DNA of 64,000 nucleotides from the human T2T-CHM13v2.0 reference genome, Homo sapiens. The notes under the pieces were generated by a model. The model ran no database searches. It was not told where the DNA came from and saw only the letters and a list, made by a program, of their open reading frames with translations. This document shows, piece after piece, positions 16,164-31,500 of this stretch. Positions within the stretch are counted from its first letter, which is position 1. Each line of letters opens with the position of its first letter. Location: NCBI RefSeq assembly GCF_009914755.1, contig NC_060932.1; one strand, written 5' to 3'. The position numbers and the translations under genes are program-made.

Positions 16164-17440
16164 AGGGCTCTTCTGATATGGCTCTTCTGATATACTAACT
16201 CACTCTCTTTTGAGATCACTGGAACAATACTCTACTTCTGTCTCTGCACTGAGATTATGTAAAGTAATAAGGCTTTATTCAGGACCATCTACCCAGTCAG
16301 TGCCTTCCATAGCCATTGCTACTCTCTCAGAAACGTGCCATGTGAGATTTTAAGGCAAAGCTGACTGTGAGTCTTTTCTGGAAACCTTGCAAGTGTTCAA
16401 TTCACTACCTAACCCCACAAAACTGTCTGTATATTTCCACCATCTACTCTTAACTTTTGACCTGAGGAGTGGCAAGACCCGTGAGTTTTGTCACTGTTTC
16501 TTGCTGCCTTAGATCTTTTTCCTAGAGATATTGTGAGGCAGAAATATCCTTTACATCATATTTTGTAGCTCTCTTATTTTATGGTATAAATATTGATCTT
16601 GTCTTCCTGTTCTAATTCTTGTTTAAAATCTAAATTTGAGGAATTCCAAGAAAATTCTCTTTTTGAAATTTCAAGACTATTATTTTACTGAGGTAAAAAA
16701 ATCATATATGAGAATCAAAACTGAAGAAAAACATTTTTTTTCTAAATATTTCTTCTTTTATTTCCCAGTGGGAAGAAGCCTCAATCTAATAGGCTTATCT
16801 CAACAGCAAGTGATACTAAAATGGATGAAATTAAATATCCTAAATGGAAAATAATTTAGATGCTATTTAAAAATCCTCTCCTACTATACCTTCAAAACAC
16901 ACAGCATCTGGCATATTATAGATGCTTAATAAGTTGAAATTAAAAGTATTATTAGCTATAATTATGAGATGACTTAGTTTAGATATAATAGTTTATACTG
17001 TGCTCACAAAAATTGTCATTGCCATATTTGTTAATAGTATAGATGTTATTCCTCTGATAAAATCGAGTTAATTTTTAAGGTTTCCCTTGATCAGAACTGT
17101 GGACATATAATCCATGTTGGGTTAACATTCATATGTATTAGGCAGTAGAAAAATAATTACCTTCATTCTGCAATGGGACCAACATAGGAGCAAATGCTGA
17201 CCCTTGGACTTAATAAAGGTTCATTCTGGGCCTAAGGACAGAAAAATTTAGATATATCAAGCAATTGATTTTGTACATAAGCAGTTAAATTTATTTTTAA
17301 GATCATTTTAGAAACAATTTAACAAACTACCATGTCTTACTGTTTCAGAGATGCTAGGATATTTTAAAAGGGGCTAAAAGAATTTTGTATATTTTTCCCT
17401 CAATCTTTCATGTATATGTGAGATGACTTAGTTTAGATAT

Positions 17441-17920
17441 GATTATGTATAATATACCATATAATATATTATAGTAGATATTACATTATATATGATAAAA
17501 ATTCAATGTATACTATATAATATATAGCATATATTATAGATAACGTATTTTAGCATATATTATAATGTATTATCTATAATATATAGCATATATATGATAC
17601 ATATATATGCTATATATATGCTATATACATATGTATATGTATATGCTATACATATATACCATACATTATATATAATACATTATATAATGTATGGCATATA
17701 TTATATATAAAGTATCAGCATACATTATATATAGTATTATATATAATATATGGCATGTATAATATAATGTATATATAATATAAAGTATATATAATATATA
17801 TAATTTATATCATATTATATATACATGTGTTAATTATAATATATGATTATTATAAATATATAATACATACCATATGTAATATATGTCGTATATAATTATT
17901 AAATATAATAATATATATCA
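17441..17920. repeat. Degenerate (TA)n / AT-rich low-complexity tract
   Basis: About 480 bp of TATA/ATATATT/CATATAT variants. Confidence 0.9.
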
Positions 17921-18389
17921 GAATGATTGAGGGAAAATTTAATCTCACACTTAAGTAGACTGTTAAAATTATATTAATATATTCATTAATTGTTTGAAAT
18001 GGGTTTTCACAATTCTTTAATATAGGTACTTGACCACACACCTAACTAGTATGATGCATCTATAATGTCTGTTTTATGTTTTCTCTAATACTCTTCTGAA
18101 ATTTCAAGCAGACATTCCCATAGGCAGAATATCATACGTCATTATGTATTTTCTTCTGTGAATTCTTTATTCTCTGAAATGTTATGCAAGTATTTATCAC
18201 CAGGAACTGACCCAGAAAGGTAGCTAAAATAATTTTCTTTGTCTAAAATGACAATCTAGTAGTGGCCAATAAACATTTTTAAGAAACCACTACACCAGAA
18301 GATAAATACAATAATAGAGCCATGGGCATGGCACAACAGGAATGCAGGAAACGGGGGATGGGTTGCTAAAGAAGATTATATGAAGGAGG

Positions 18390-18860
18390 TTTTTTTAAAA
18401 TAAAATCATCCTTATTCAGGTAAATTCCATACAGTTAAATCAACAGTTCTACCCAGACAAGTTTATGACTTTGGGTAAATACATACAGTCATGTAAGCAA
18501 TACCAAAATCACGATACAGATTATTTATATTACCACAAAAACTTCCTCATGACTCTTTGCAGTCAGTCCCTTCTCCTCAATCCTGGACAACACTGATCTG
18601 CTTATCACAATAATTTTGCCCTTTCTAGAATCTCATATAAATGGAATTATATAACAAGTTGTATTTTGTGATTGGCTTCTTTTACTTAGCATAACGCTTT
18701 TGAAATGTATCTGTGTTATTACAACAGATATTTAATTTAGTTCCTTTTGTCCTATAGATATATAGGACATCCTTATGTTAGATAAGTTTATCCTGTCAAA
18801 GGTGGATGGACATTTGGGTTATTCCTAATTTGAGGCTATTATCAATAAAGCTGTTCATCA
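18390..18860 (-). mobile_element. Ancient L1M 3' end
   Basis: CACTGATCTGCTT, TCATATAAATGGAATTATA, TGGCTTCTTTTACTTAGCATAA, GGACATTTGGGTT, AATAAAGCTG motifs. Confidence 0.7.
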
Positions 18861-21400
18861 TTAATATTTCTTCTTTTACTGTCTATAAGTTAAATAATAA
18901 ATATCCCCTTGAGTAGTTAATCACTGGATAAACTCTTACAAAAATTTATTAAGTTGAGAAGGTAAGTTAGAAAACTCCTAAATATTCATATATGTATAAA
19001 AATTTTTAGTTATAAATACTGAAATATTAAAATGTGTCTGGGGATGTCAGTTTAAGTACATATACTGACAAGAATAAATCCAAAATTAACTCGTTTATTC
19101 CTAAGCAATGTGAATTGAGATTATTTTTCCATATAACACTTTTCTATATTTTCACAATAATATAAAAACTTGATGCATAAACATATAAAAGCATTAGGGA
19201 GTATTTAAAATTAGAATTAGTGGCCTCATATTAATTACACTGCACTCAGAATTCTAGCTTTCATTTAAAGTCCATTCACACAACAGTATTCAGTAAAATG
19301 CCTTTTGCCAAATAAATTTTGGAATACATTAAATACCTTTTCGATTTTTTGAGATTTACAATGTAAATAAGCACAGAGTAAATATTCTGCAAACTTCTAT
19401 AAGGCTTAAAAACAGTATTCTGAGATTTACTGCTAAATTGATCCCTCTTCCAATTACATAATTGGCAAACAATGCTTTATATTGTAGGATACATGTATTG
19501 GTCATGTACATAAAACAGTAGAGATGGCTCTTGTGCTTGTTATTGGAGGAAGTGAAAACTGAAGAATGAACTTGAAAAACAAAATAATAATAATACCATT
19601 TACTACCATAATAATAAATTTCTCTTGAGAATTTAGCATCCAGTTTGTCAAAGTTACTTCTTAACACTTACCAACAGAAAAAGGTCCATTCAACAATATT
19701 TATTTTAATTTTGCCTTCCCCTGTGATGTAATATTAAACTTTCTTGGGTTTGAAATATTTTCAGTAATATAATATGACGTATGTGTTCCTGAACTTCAAC
19801 AAAATAAGAAAATATAAATAGATTAATCTGGACTTAATAGTTTACTTCTGCACACCCATTCCTTCAAAGCAATTAGTGTATAGAAATTAAGTTCCAATAG
19901 AGTAATAAAGAAAATTTAAGTTTGAAACTTAACAATAAGACAAAGTGTATCTATAATGTGTTGTTTACCTTCTAATCGATTCTAATTTCCCTCAACATTT
20001 ATTAGATAGAATTAGACACTTCCCATAATTATTTTGATATAAACTCAGTCAATCTGTTAAATGATTCCCTTAGAGAGAGAAAGATTTATTTTGGTTTATC
20101 AAAACTCTCAAAATGTTGCTCATTGATCCAATTAGTTATTTATGCCTCTATTTTTAAGATGGATTTCACTATATTTTAGGAGTGCTATGTTCACTGAATA
20201 AAATGCTCTTATTGCACTCTGTGGTTTCACTGAAAGTCTTCCTTTAAATTGTAAGTTCTGTTTCAGCAAGTTAGTGTTTACTCTGTAGCTTTTAGAGAGT
20301 GAATACAAGATTTCAAAATTGTCATTGGTACCGTTTATTGCCATTACCAACTATATATTACTGACAAAGGTAACTTATCTATTGATTTACAATCTGAGCA
20401 GAGATATGAAGAATCAACTGTCCCTTGTAGCAAATGATTGTCACTTGGTTCAAAGGTTAAGAAAACAGAATCTATTCACAAAGATCTCATAGATACATGT
20501 ATCACAACTGTACTCTTTCTGCTATCCTAATTATTAGTACAGTTCATTCATCAACAGCAGATAATTTAAATCTATACAAGCATATATATGAGACAATAAA
20601 ATGATTTTTTGTTAATATTAGGAATAATAAACATATGAGAACTTGCCATAGTGCCGCCTTTTAAATGAGTGTGAGGAAGAGTGATGGGGAAAAGTCAGCT
20701 ACGTATTTCATACATTTTTAGATTCAACTACATAAAAAATAGCCTTTTTCAAGATCTTGGGATTCATGTCCAGTGTCAACTATCTACTTACTGAATTTCC
20801 TGTTGCCCTGGATGAAAGTGTGAGGCAGAGTAGGACCAGAGCCTGACTTGCCACCCACAGCAGACATCCGTGTGATGTTGCCCATGCCTTTATTGCATTC
20901 AATTAGTGAAGATTTGAAATATGAGCACTAGGAAAATATCAGTGATTGCATCTTCTGCAAATAGGTACATATTCTATATTTGACCCGTAAAAAAGAACTG
21001 TAGAAAAGGATATCAATAAAAATTTCAGTGATGTGTATCAATAGATAACTGACTTGAATGAAAAATGATTTAGTCCAGAATATTGGCAATGATAATTAGT
21101 CTAATGTATGAATTCATTTAACTTTGCCTCAGGGCTAGCCTAAATCTGTTACTCAAAATCATAGTGTATAAACTAAGGGTTAACTTGTGTTTCTCTTATA
21201 AAAAGCCCTTAATGTAACATAGAGAAAGAGGGGATTATACTTAACAGGAGGGAATCTGTATCTCTCCCAGTATGAGCATTTTATTTGTATCTTTATTTTA
21301 CTCAGAATCAGCTATACTTCATACACTGTTTGATTCCTTTCTTACCAATCTCGTTTAATTCAAGCTACTTCTTTTTTTTCTGCTGACTCAGCCCAACAGA

Positions 21401-21402
<2 letters not shown>

Positions 21403-21449
<47 letters not shown>
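21403..21449. repeat. Pure poly(T) tract, 47 nt
   Basis: Uninterrupted T run ending directly at the 5' TSD of the L1HS. Confidence 0.97.
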
Positions 21450-21450
<1 letters not shown>

Positions 21451-21467
21451 AAATCACTACTGCCCTT
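21450..21467 (+). repeat. 5' target-site duplication of L1HS (GAAATCACTACTGCCCTT)
   Basis: Identical 18-mer at 27542-27559; the implied bottom-strand nick 5'-TTTC/AA-3' is a variant of the L1 endonuclease TTTT/AA site. Confidence 0.98.
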
Positions 21468-22377
21468 GGGGGGAGGAGCCAAGATGGCCGAATAGGAACA
21501 GCTCCGGTCTACAGCTCCCAGCGTGAGCGACGCAGAAGACGGTGATTTCTGCATTTCCATCTGAGGTACCGGGTTCATCTCACTAGGGAGTGCCAGACAG
21601 TGGGCGCAGGCCAGTGTGTGTGCGCACCGTGCGCGAGCCGAAGCAGGGCGAGGCATTGCCTCACCTGGGAAGCGCAAGGGGTCAGGGAGTTCCCTTTCTG
21701 AGTCAAAGAAAGGGGTGACGGTCGCACCTGGAAAATCGGGTCACTCCCACCCGAATATTGCGCTTTTCAGACCGGCTTAAGAAACGGCGCACCACGAGAC
21801 TATATCCCACACCTGGCTCGGAGGGTCCTACGCCCACGGAATCTCGCTGATTGCTAGCACAGCAGTCTGAGATCAAACTGCAAGGCGGCAACGAGGCTGG
21901 GGGAGGGGCGCCCGCCATTGCCCAGGCTTGCTTAGGTAAACAAAGCAGCCGGGAAGCTCGAACTGGGTGGAGCCCACCACAGCTCAAGGAGGCCTGCCTG
22001 CCTCTGTAGGCTCCACCTCTGGGGGCAGGGCACAGACAAACAAAAAGGCAGCAGTAACCTCTGCAGACTTAAGTGTCCCTGTCTGACAGCTTTGAAGAGA
22101 GCAGTGGTTCTCCCAGCACGCAGCTGGAGATCTGAGAACGGGCAGACAGACTGCCTCCTCAAGTGGGTCCCTGACTCCTGACCCCCGAGCAGCCTAACTG
22201 GGAGGCACCCCCCAGCAGGGGCACACTGACACCTCACACGGCAGGGTATTCCAACAGACCTGCAGCTGAGGGTCCTGTCTGTTAGAAGGAAAACTAACAA
22301 CCAGAAAGGACATCTACACCGAAAACCCATCTGTACATCACCATCATCAAAGACCAAAAGTAGATAAAACCACAAAG
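21468..22377 (+). promoter_or_regulatory. L1 5'UTR: CpG-rich internal sense promoter and antisense promoter
   Basis: Intact YY1 site CAAGATGGCCG (21480-21490); SOX-type AACAAA at about 21939 and 22039; CpG-dense relative to flanks. The antisense promoter (established at about +400-600) corresponds to about 21870-22070. Confidence 0.92.
21703..21918 (-). CDS. ORF0: L1 ORF0 (primate antisense ORF, 71 aa)
   Basis: CAT at 21916-21918 starts MAGAPPPASLPPCSLISDCC...RHPFL, the last 71 aa of the 21703..21987 ORF in the track. Confidence 0.9.
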   Translation of the reverse strand: MAGAPPPASLPPCSLISDCCASNQRDSVGVGPSEPGVGYSLVVRRFLSRSEKRNIRVGVTRFSRCDRHPFL

Positions 22378-23394
22378 ATGGGGAAAAAACAGAACAGAAA
22401 AACTGGAAACTCTAAAACGCAGAGCGCCTCTCCTCCTCCAAAGGAACGCAGTTCCTCACCAGCAACAGAACAAAGCTGGATGGAGAATGATTTTGACGAG
22501 CTGAGAGAAGAAGGCTTCAGACGATCAAATTACTCTGAGCTACGGGAGGACATTCAAACCAAAGGCAAAGAAGTTGAAAACTTTGAAAAAAATTTAGAAG
22601 AATGTATAACTAGAATAACCAATACAGAGAAGTGCTTAAAGGAGCTGATGGAGCTGAAAACCAAGGCTCGAGAACTACGTGAAGAATGCAGAAGCCTCAG
22701 GAGCCGATGCGATCAACTGGAAGAAAGGGTATCAGCAATGGAAGATGAAATGAATGAAATGAAGCGAGAAGGGAAGTTTAGAGAAAAAAGAATAAAAAGA
22801 AATGAGCAAAGCCTCCAAGAAATATGGGACTATGTGAAAAGACCAAATCTACGTCTGATTGGTGTACCTGAAAGTGATGTGGAGAATGGAACCAAGTTGG
22901 AAAACACTCTGCAGGATATTATCCAGGAGAACTTCCCCAATCTAGCAAGGCAGGCCAACGTTCAGATTCAGGAAATACAGAGAACGCCACAAAGATACTC
23001 CTCGAGAAGAGCAACTCCAAGACACATAATTGTCAGATTCACCAAAGTTGAAATGAAGGAAAAAATGTTAAGGGCAGCCAGAGAGAAAGGTCGGGTTACC
23101 CTCAAAGGAAAGCCCATCAGACTAACAGTGGATCTCTCGGCAGAAACCCTACAAGCCAGAAGAGAGTGGGGGCCAATATTCAACATTCTTAAAGAAAAGA
23201 ATTTTCAACCCAGAATTTCATATCCAGCCAAACTAAGCTTCATAAGTGAAGGAGAAATAAAATACTTTATAGACAAGCAAATGTTGAGAGATTTTGTCAC
23301 CACCAGGCCTGCCCTAAAAGAGCTCCTGAAGGAAGCGCTAAACATGGAAAGGAACAACCGGTACCAGCCGCTGCAAAATCATGCCAAAATGTAA
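22378..23394 (+). CDS. ORF1: L1 ORF1p, RNA-binding/nucleic-acid chaperone (coiled coil, RRM, CTD)
   Basis: 338 aa, MGKKQNRK...NHAKM; essential REKG, ARR and YPAKLS motifs intact. Confidence 0.99.
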   Translation: MGKKQNRKTGNSKTQSASPPPKERSSSPATEQSWMENDFDELREEGFRRSNYSELREDIQTKGKEVENFEKNLEECITRITNTEKCLKELMELKTKARELREECRSLRSRCDQLEERVSAMEDEMNEMKREGKFREKRIKRNEQSLQEIWDYVKRPNLRLIGVPESDVENGTKLENTLQDIIQENFPNLARQANVQIQEIQRTPQRYSSRRATPRHIIVRFTKVEMKEKMLRAAREKGRVTLKGKPIRLTVDLSAETLQARREWGPIFNILKEKNFQPRISYPAKLSFISEGEIKYFIDKQMLRDFVTTRPALKELLKEALNMERNNRYQPLQNHAKM

Positions 23395-23433
23395 AGACCA
23401 TTGAGACTAGGAAGAAACTGCATCAACTAATGA

Positions 23434-27285
<3,852 letters not shown>

Positions 27286-27328
27286 ACAATGAGATCACAT
27301 GGACACAGGAAGGGGAATATCACACTCT

Positions 27329-27362
27329 GGGGACTGTGGTGGGGTCGGGGGAGGGGGGAGGG
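27329..27362 (+). other. G-rich polypurine tract of L1 3'UTR (G-quadruplex-forming)
   Basis: GGGGACTGTGGTGGGGTCGGGGGAGGGGGGAGGG. Confidence 0.8.
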
Positions 27363-27487
27363 ATAGCATTGGGAGATATACCTAATGCTAGATGACACAT
27401 TAGTGGGTGCAGCGCACCAGCATGGCACATGTATACATATGTAACTAACCTGCACAATGTGCACATGTACCCTAAAACTTAGAGTAT

Positions 27488-27488
27488 A

Positions 27489-27541
<53 letters not shown>
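27488..27541 (+). terminator. L1 poly(A) signal and 51-nt pure poly(A) tail
   Basis: AATAAA at 27488-27493 running into A 27491-27541, then directly the TSD (no 3' transduction). Confidence 0.95.
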
Positions 27542-27543
<2 letters not shown>

Positions 27544-27559
27544 AATCACTACTGCCCTT
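27542..27559 (+). repeat. 3' target-site duplication of L1HS
   Basis: GAAATCACTACTGCCCTT, identical to 21450-21467. Confidence 0.98.
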
Positions 27560-28339
27560 TTGTAAAAGATTCTGAAGAACTCTAGTTCTGCATTCACATG
27601 GCTCAACAGCTAATCAAACTTACTTCTCAGACCTACGGTTTCCACATTCTTTCCCTACACACCTCCTACATTGTGTCCCATGGCTTATATTTGTATCCTT
27701 TCTCTGAAGAGAACCTACCATATCTGGGCTATTCCCTTCAAAGCCCGGTAATGTGTTTCTAAGCTGAAGTTCCAATAATGCATCACTATACTTTGTTACA
27801 AGCCTCCTTGATCCCACTGTTTATTAAACCAAAGAAATATATGCTAAGGATCTGTGTGCCAGATCCTATATGCTAAGAAATACATGCTAAGGATCTACTT
27901 ATATATAGCACACATGTAAGGAATATATGCTATGGATCTGTGTGCCAGTTCCTATGCTAGGTGATGCAAATGGCATTGCCCTAATAATCAGCTGCAATAT
28001 AGTTGAAAGATAGAATTTCAAATAATATTGTCTATGGTAAAATATAGCTAAATTACAAGTAAATATGAAATAAAAAGGAAATTATTAAATCAATTTGAAG
28101 AATGAAAAGACAATTTCACATATGAAAGATAATTTAGAAAAAATACAATTTCAGGAAAGTGGCATAAGAATGAGATCAAAAAGAAAGTTGGGCTGCAAAA
28201 AGTTCTTTTGCACACCTCTACTCTTCTTTCTGAATCGTTTCCATTATTTGAGTTCTTTTACTCCACTGTCTTCTGAATCTCACCAAATGGTATATTTCTG
28301 TGTTTTGTATCCTAAGACCGTAAAATACCACCACAATTT

Positions 28340-28580
28340 ATTAAGCTTTGGATTGGTGACGAGTGCAAACAGCCTCATGAAAAGCTGGCTTAGCATTTCT
28401 CATGAGGTTGTAGTCAAGATGTCAGCCAGGACTGCAGAATCATCTGAAAGCTAGGTTTTCGATGAAGGATCCACTTCTAAGCATATTCACAAGGCTATTT
28501 ACAGGAAGCTTCAGTTAGTTCCTCACCACATGGCTTTCTTTGTTGGATCACTTCAAACACAGCAGCTGGCTACCCTTGTA
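28340..28580 (-). mobile_element. Old MLT1-type LTR fragment
   Basis: CATGAGGTTGTAGTCAAGATGTCAGCCAGGACTGCAG...TCATCTGAAAGC...GGATCCACTTC motif typical of MLT1 LTRs. Confidence 0.5.
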
Positions 28581-31500
28581 TTAGTGTAGAAAGAGAATGA
28601 GACGGGAGGGGAGAGAGAGAGAAGGGGCATAAGGAAAGAGGAGAAGAAAGGGTCATGAAGGGAAGGGAATACTATTGATCTTTTTCAAGTTTTTAAAATT
28701 CATTCTGTGTCAATTTGGATATTCTATATTTTGCTGACAATTATCCATGTTATTCAAGATTGCAAATTAATTTCCATTTAATATATTAGAATAATCTATT
28801 TATAATCTTTCAATATTTTTATATCTGTTTCTTTGTTCCCCTTCATAATCTTAATCCTATGTCTTTTACTTTATTCCTTGATTCTGGATAGGTGCTCTGA
28901 GGAAAGTGCACATTATGGGTCTTTTCAAAGAACCAGATCTTAGATATGTTTATTTTACTGTTTTATACTTTCTATTATTATTCATTCAATTTTATTAATT
29001 TATTTTTATGTTTACATTTCTTGTTTTAGTCTGTGATTTTTCTCCCTAAACTTATTTTCATGAATAGCCTTTCATCCAATATGTAAAAAATGTATCTCTC
29101 TTCCTTAAAAATAAAGGCATTTAAAACTGCAGCTTTTTAAGATTTTTTATTATAAATTTTAATATTAAAATAATATAAACTATTAAGTTTTAATTAAATT
29201 TTTCTTATTCAATTTATTTTATATTATAATTCATAAATTTTTGTATGATGAAATGTTATCAAAGATTATATTCTTAATTTCTAAATAATAATAATTATCT
29301 TACCCTCTCATATTTTTTGTTGTGTAGTTAAAATATATATAAACAATTATAGAATTGTTTTTTAATCAAGTGGTTCAACAGTTTTTGCTTTGTCATTTGT
29401 TGGTTGACATTAAGCTTGTTTTTGTTCTTTGTTTTTCCAGCAACCTTCTCTGTAGCTCATTTCTTTAGGAAAGATTACAAATCTAATTGTTTCTTTAGTT
29501 TAGGAAAATGTTCCTTGTGTTTTTAGTTAATTCTTTCACATTGCTGTCTTCCACCATTTTGTTATCTATAAGACTTATTTTTGACCCTAGCCCTCTTGAA
29601 ATTCTATTTTAATTCTCTTACAATTATCTTATGGTTGTCATTAATATAAGTTCAGATTGGTTTCTGCTGTATGAAAGTTGCTTGAATAAAATAGAAATGT
29701 ATTGCTCTGTCCCATAATGGAAGACCAAAGGTAAGATAGATCTGTTTAGATATGGTGGTTCTGAGGTTTTCGGGGACTTAGGTTATTTGCTACAATGCTA
29801 ATACTAACTATACTAACTTCCATCCTCATTGGTCAGGGTGTCTTCTGAGGCTCTGGTCATCACATCTCACTTTCAGAAATTATTCTTCACAACCATTTTT
29901 CTTACATTTCGTTGGCCAGGTTTGAGTTGCATGGCCACACCTAATGGCAAAAAAGTCTGGGATCAATAGTCTTTAAGCTGAATATTTGATCACTCTAAAT
30001 TAAAGGAGGTTTCTATTACTGAGTTGAAAGATAATATTGGATAGTAAATAGCAACCAGCACCTTGTGCCAAACTCTGTTATTGTATTTCTTTTTAATTGC
30101 TTTGAAATATGAGTTACATTTGATGTTCTAGGTGCTTAAAATCATGCATTGACAGTGTGATCGTCTCCTTCAATTAATACTGATTTTTTAAAAGTGAGTT
30201 TATATTTCACTGGAAGACAATCTTCTAATCTTCTTGTGCTGCTCTTGGACTTTTGCAGATGTCTAATTATATTTTTTCCCCTTAACTATTGTCTCCTCTA
30301 GTCTTTAGCAACATTTTCTAAGTACTTTACCTATTTTTTTCCTGACCACTTACATATGTTATTTTCCTTTGTGGTTTGTGCAGAGTTAGTTGCTCTGGTA
30401 CCTACAGTTGCAAAAGTCTTACAAATAATTTGAACTACAGTGATTTTTCCAACAATGGTTTAATTCTTAAATGAATAGTTAATCCTTACTTAAGCCTTTA
30501 GATATCAGAAGGAAGCTTCTTTTTCTTCAGGCCCCATTCTTTAATGGCAGGGCATCCATTTTGCTGCTTCTCAGCTCCTTGTGAACAAAAAAGACCAAAT
30601 TTACCTAGAAGGGAGAATATCTCTCCTCTCCAGTGAAGTCCAGGGGCTGCTGAGCCAAGCTCGCTCCAGATGTCCTGCTTTCAGCTACTCATCATCATTT
30701 ATTTTTTTCCTAATTCACAGGTTCTCGCATAGTTGAGATGAGAAGAACCCACAGAAATTCTTATTATCAGAACTTCTGTAAGCCAATGACTACATTTTCA
30801 CACTGCAAGACTAGATTGCCTGAGAGAACTAGCCGCTGCTTTGCTTAGGAAAGGAATATAATTGAAGTTGGGAGTAGAATCAAATCAGGAGACATTCTAA
30901 TAGCCACCTTTCAAGATTTTCAAATATAATTTCAAGCTATTGAATATTTTTAATTATTAGGTTCCTTTCTTCAATTGGATCTTAAATGGAAGTTTACATT
31001 AAAGCCAAATTTCTTAACTAAAGGGGCAAGACCTGAAACCCAAGCCACCACTGTGCCCTTTGTACCCACCCCTTGATTCCACTGTGGCTACTACTATCTT
31101 CAACCCTACCTATACAGGGAATATTGTTTTAAAAACAGTGATCTATTGACTATTTGGCATACATTTAAAAATATTCAGAACTCCTGTTTAAAGTAAATAT
31201 TGGAATCCAGCCGATAATTCTGACTATTTCTGTGCAGAGATGTAATGTCATCTATTCTGGAATCAGGTTTGTATATGTGTGTGTGTTTTTAACAAAAGGA
31301 AGAAAAAAATCCTTTTTCAAAATCATAAATGTCAAGGAAAAGTTCTCTTTAGTGGAATGGACAGAAAGTACTCATTGGATACTCCACTTTCTAATAATGT
31401 TAGTCTTGCTGAAACCATCACTCATGTTGAAAATAATTCATAAATTTAGACAAAACTATTTTAATCTTCCCCAAGCTAAAACTATTGAGGAGCTGACAAA

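Noticed and set aside
15697-16198. ORFs over Alu elements (also 8741, 13056, 40370, 51885, 57190, 61195)
   Set aside because: Typical Alu-derived pseudo-peptides ([17 protein letters not shown]); not genes.
21403-21449. Poly(T) as a twin-primed inverted tail or 5' transduction of the L1HS
   Set aside because: It lies outside the TSD and the L1 is full-length and uninverted, so it does not fit these standard mechanisms.
21932-22375. 147-aa antisense ORF in the L1 5'UTR
   Set aside because: Non-ATG start and not ORF0; a by-product of the 5'UTR sequence.
27542-27700. Possible 3' transduction carried by the L1HS
   Set aside because: The TSD follows the poly(A) directly, so no transduced sequence is present.
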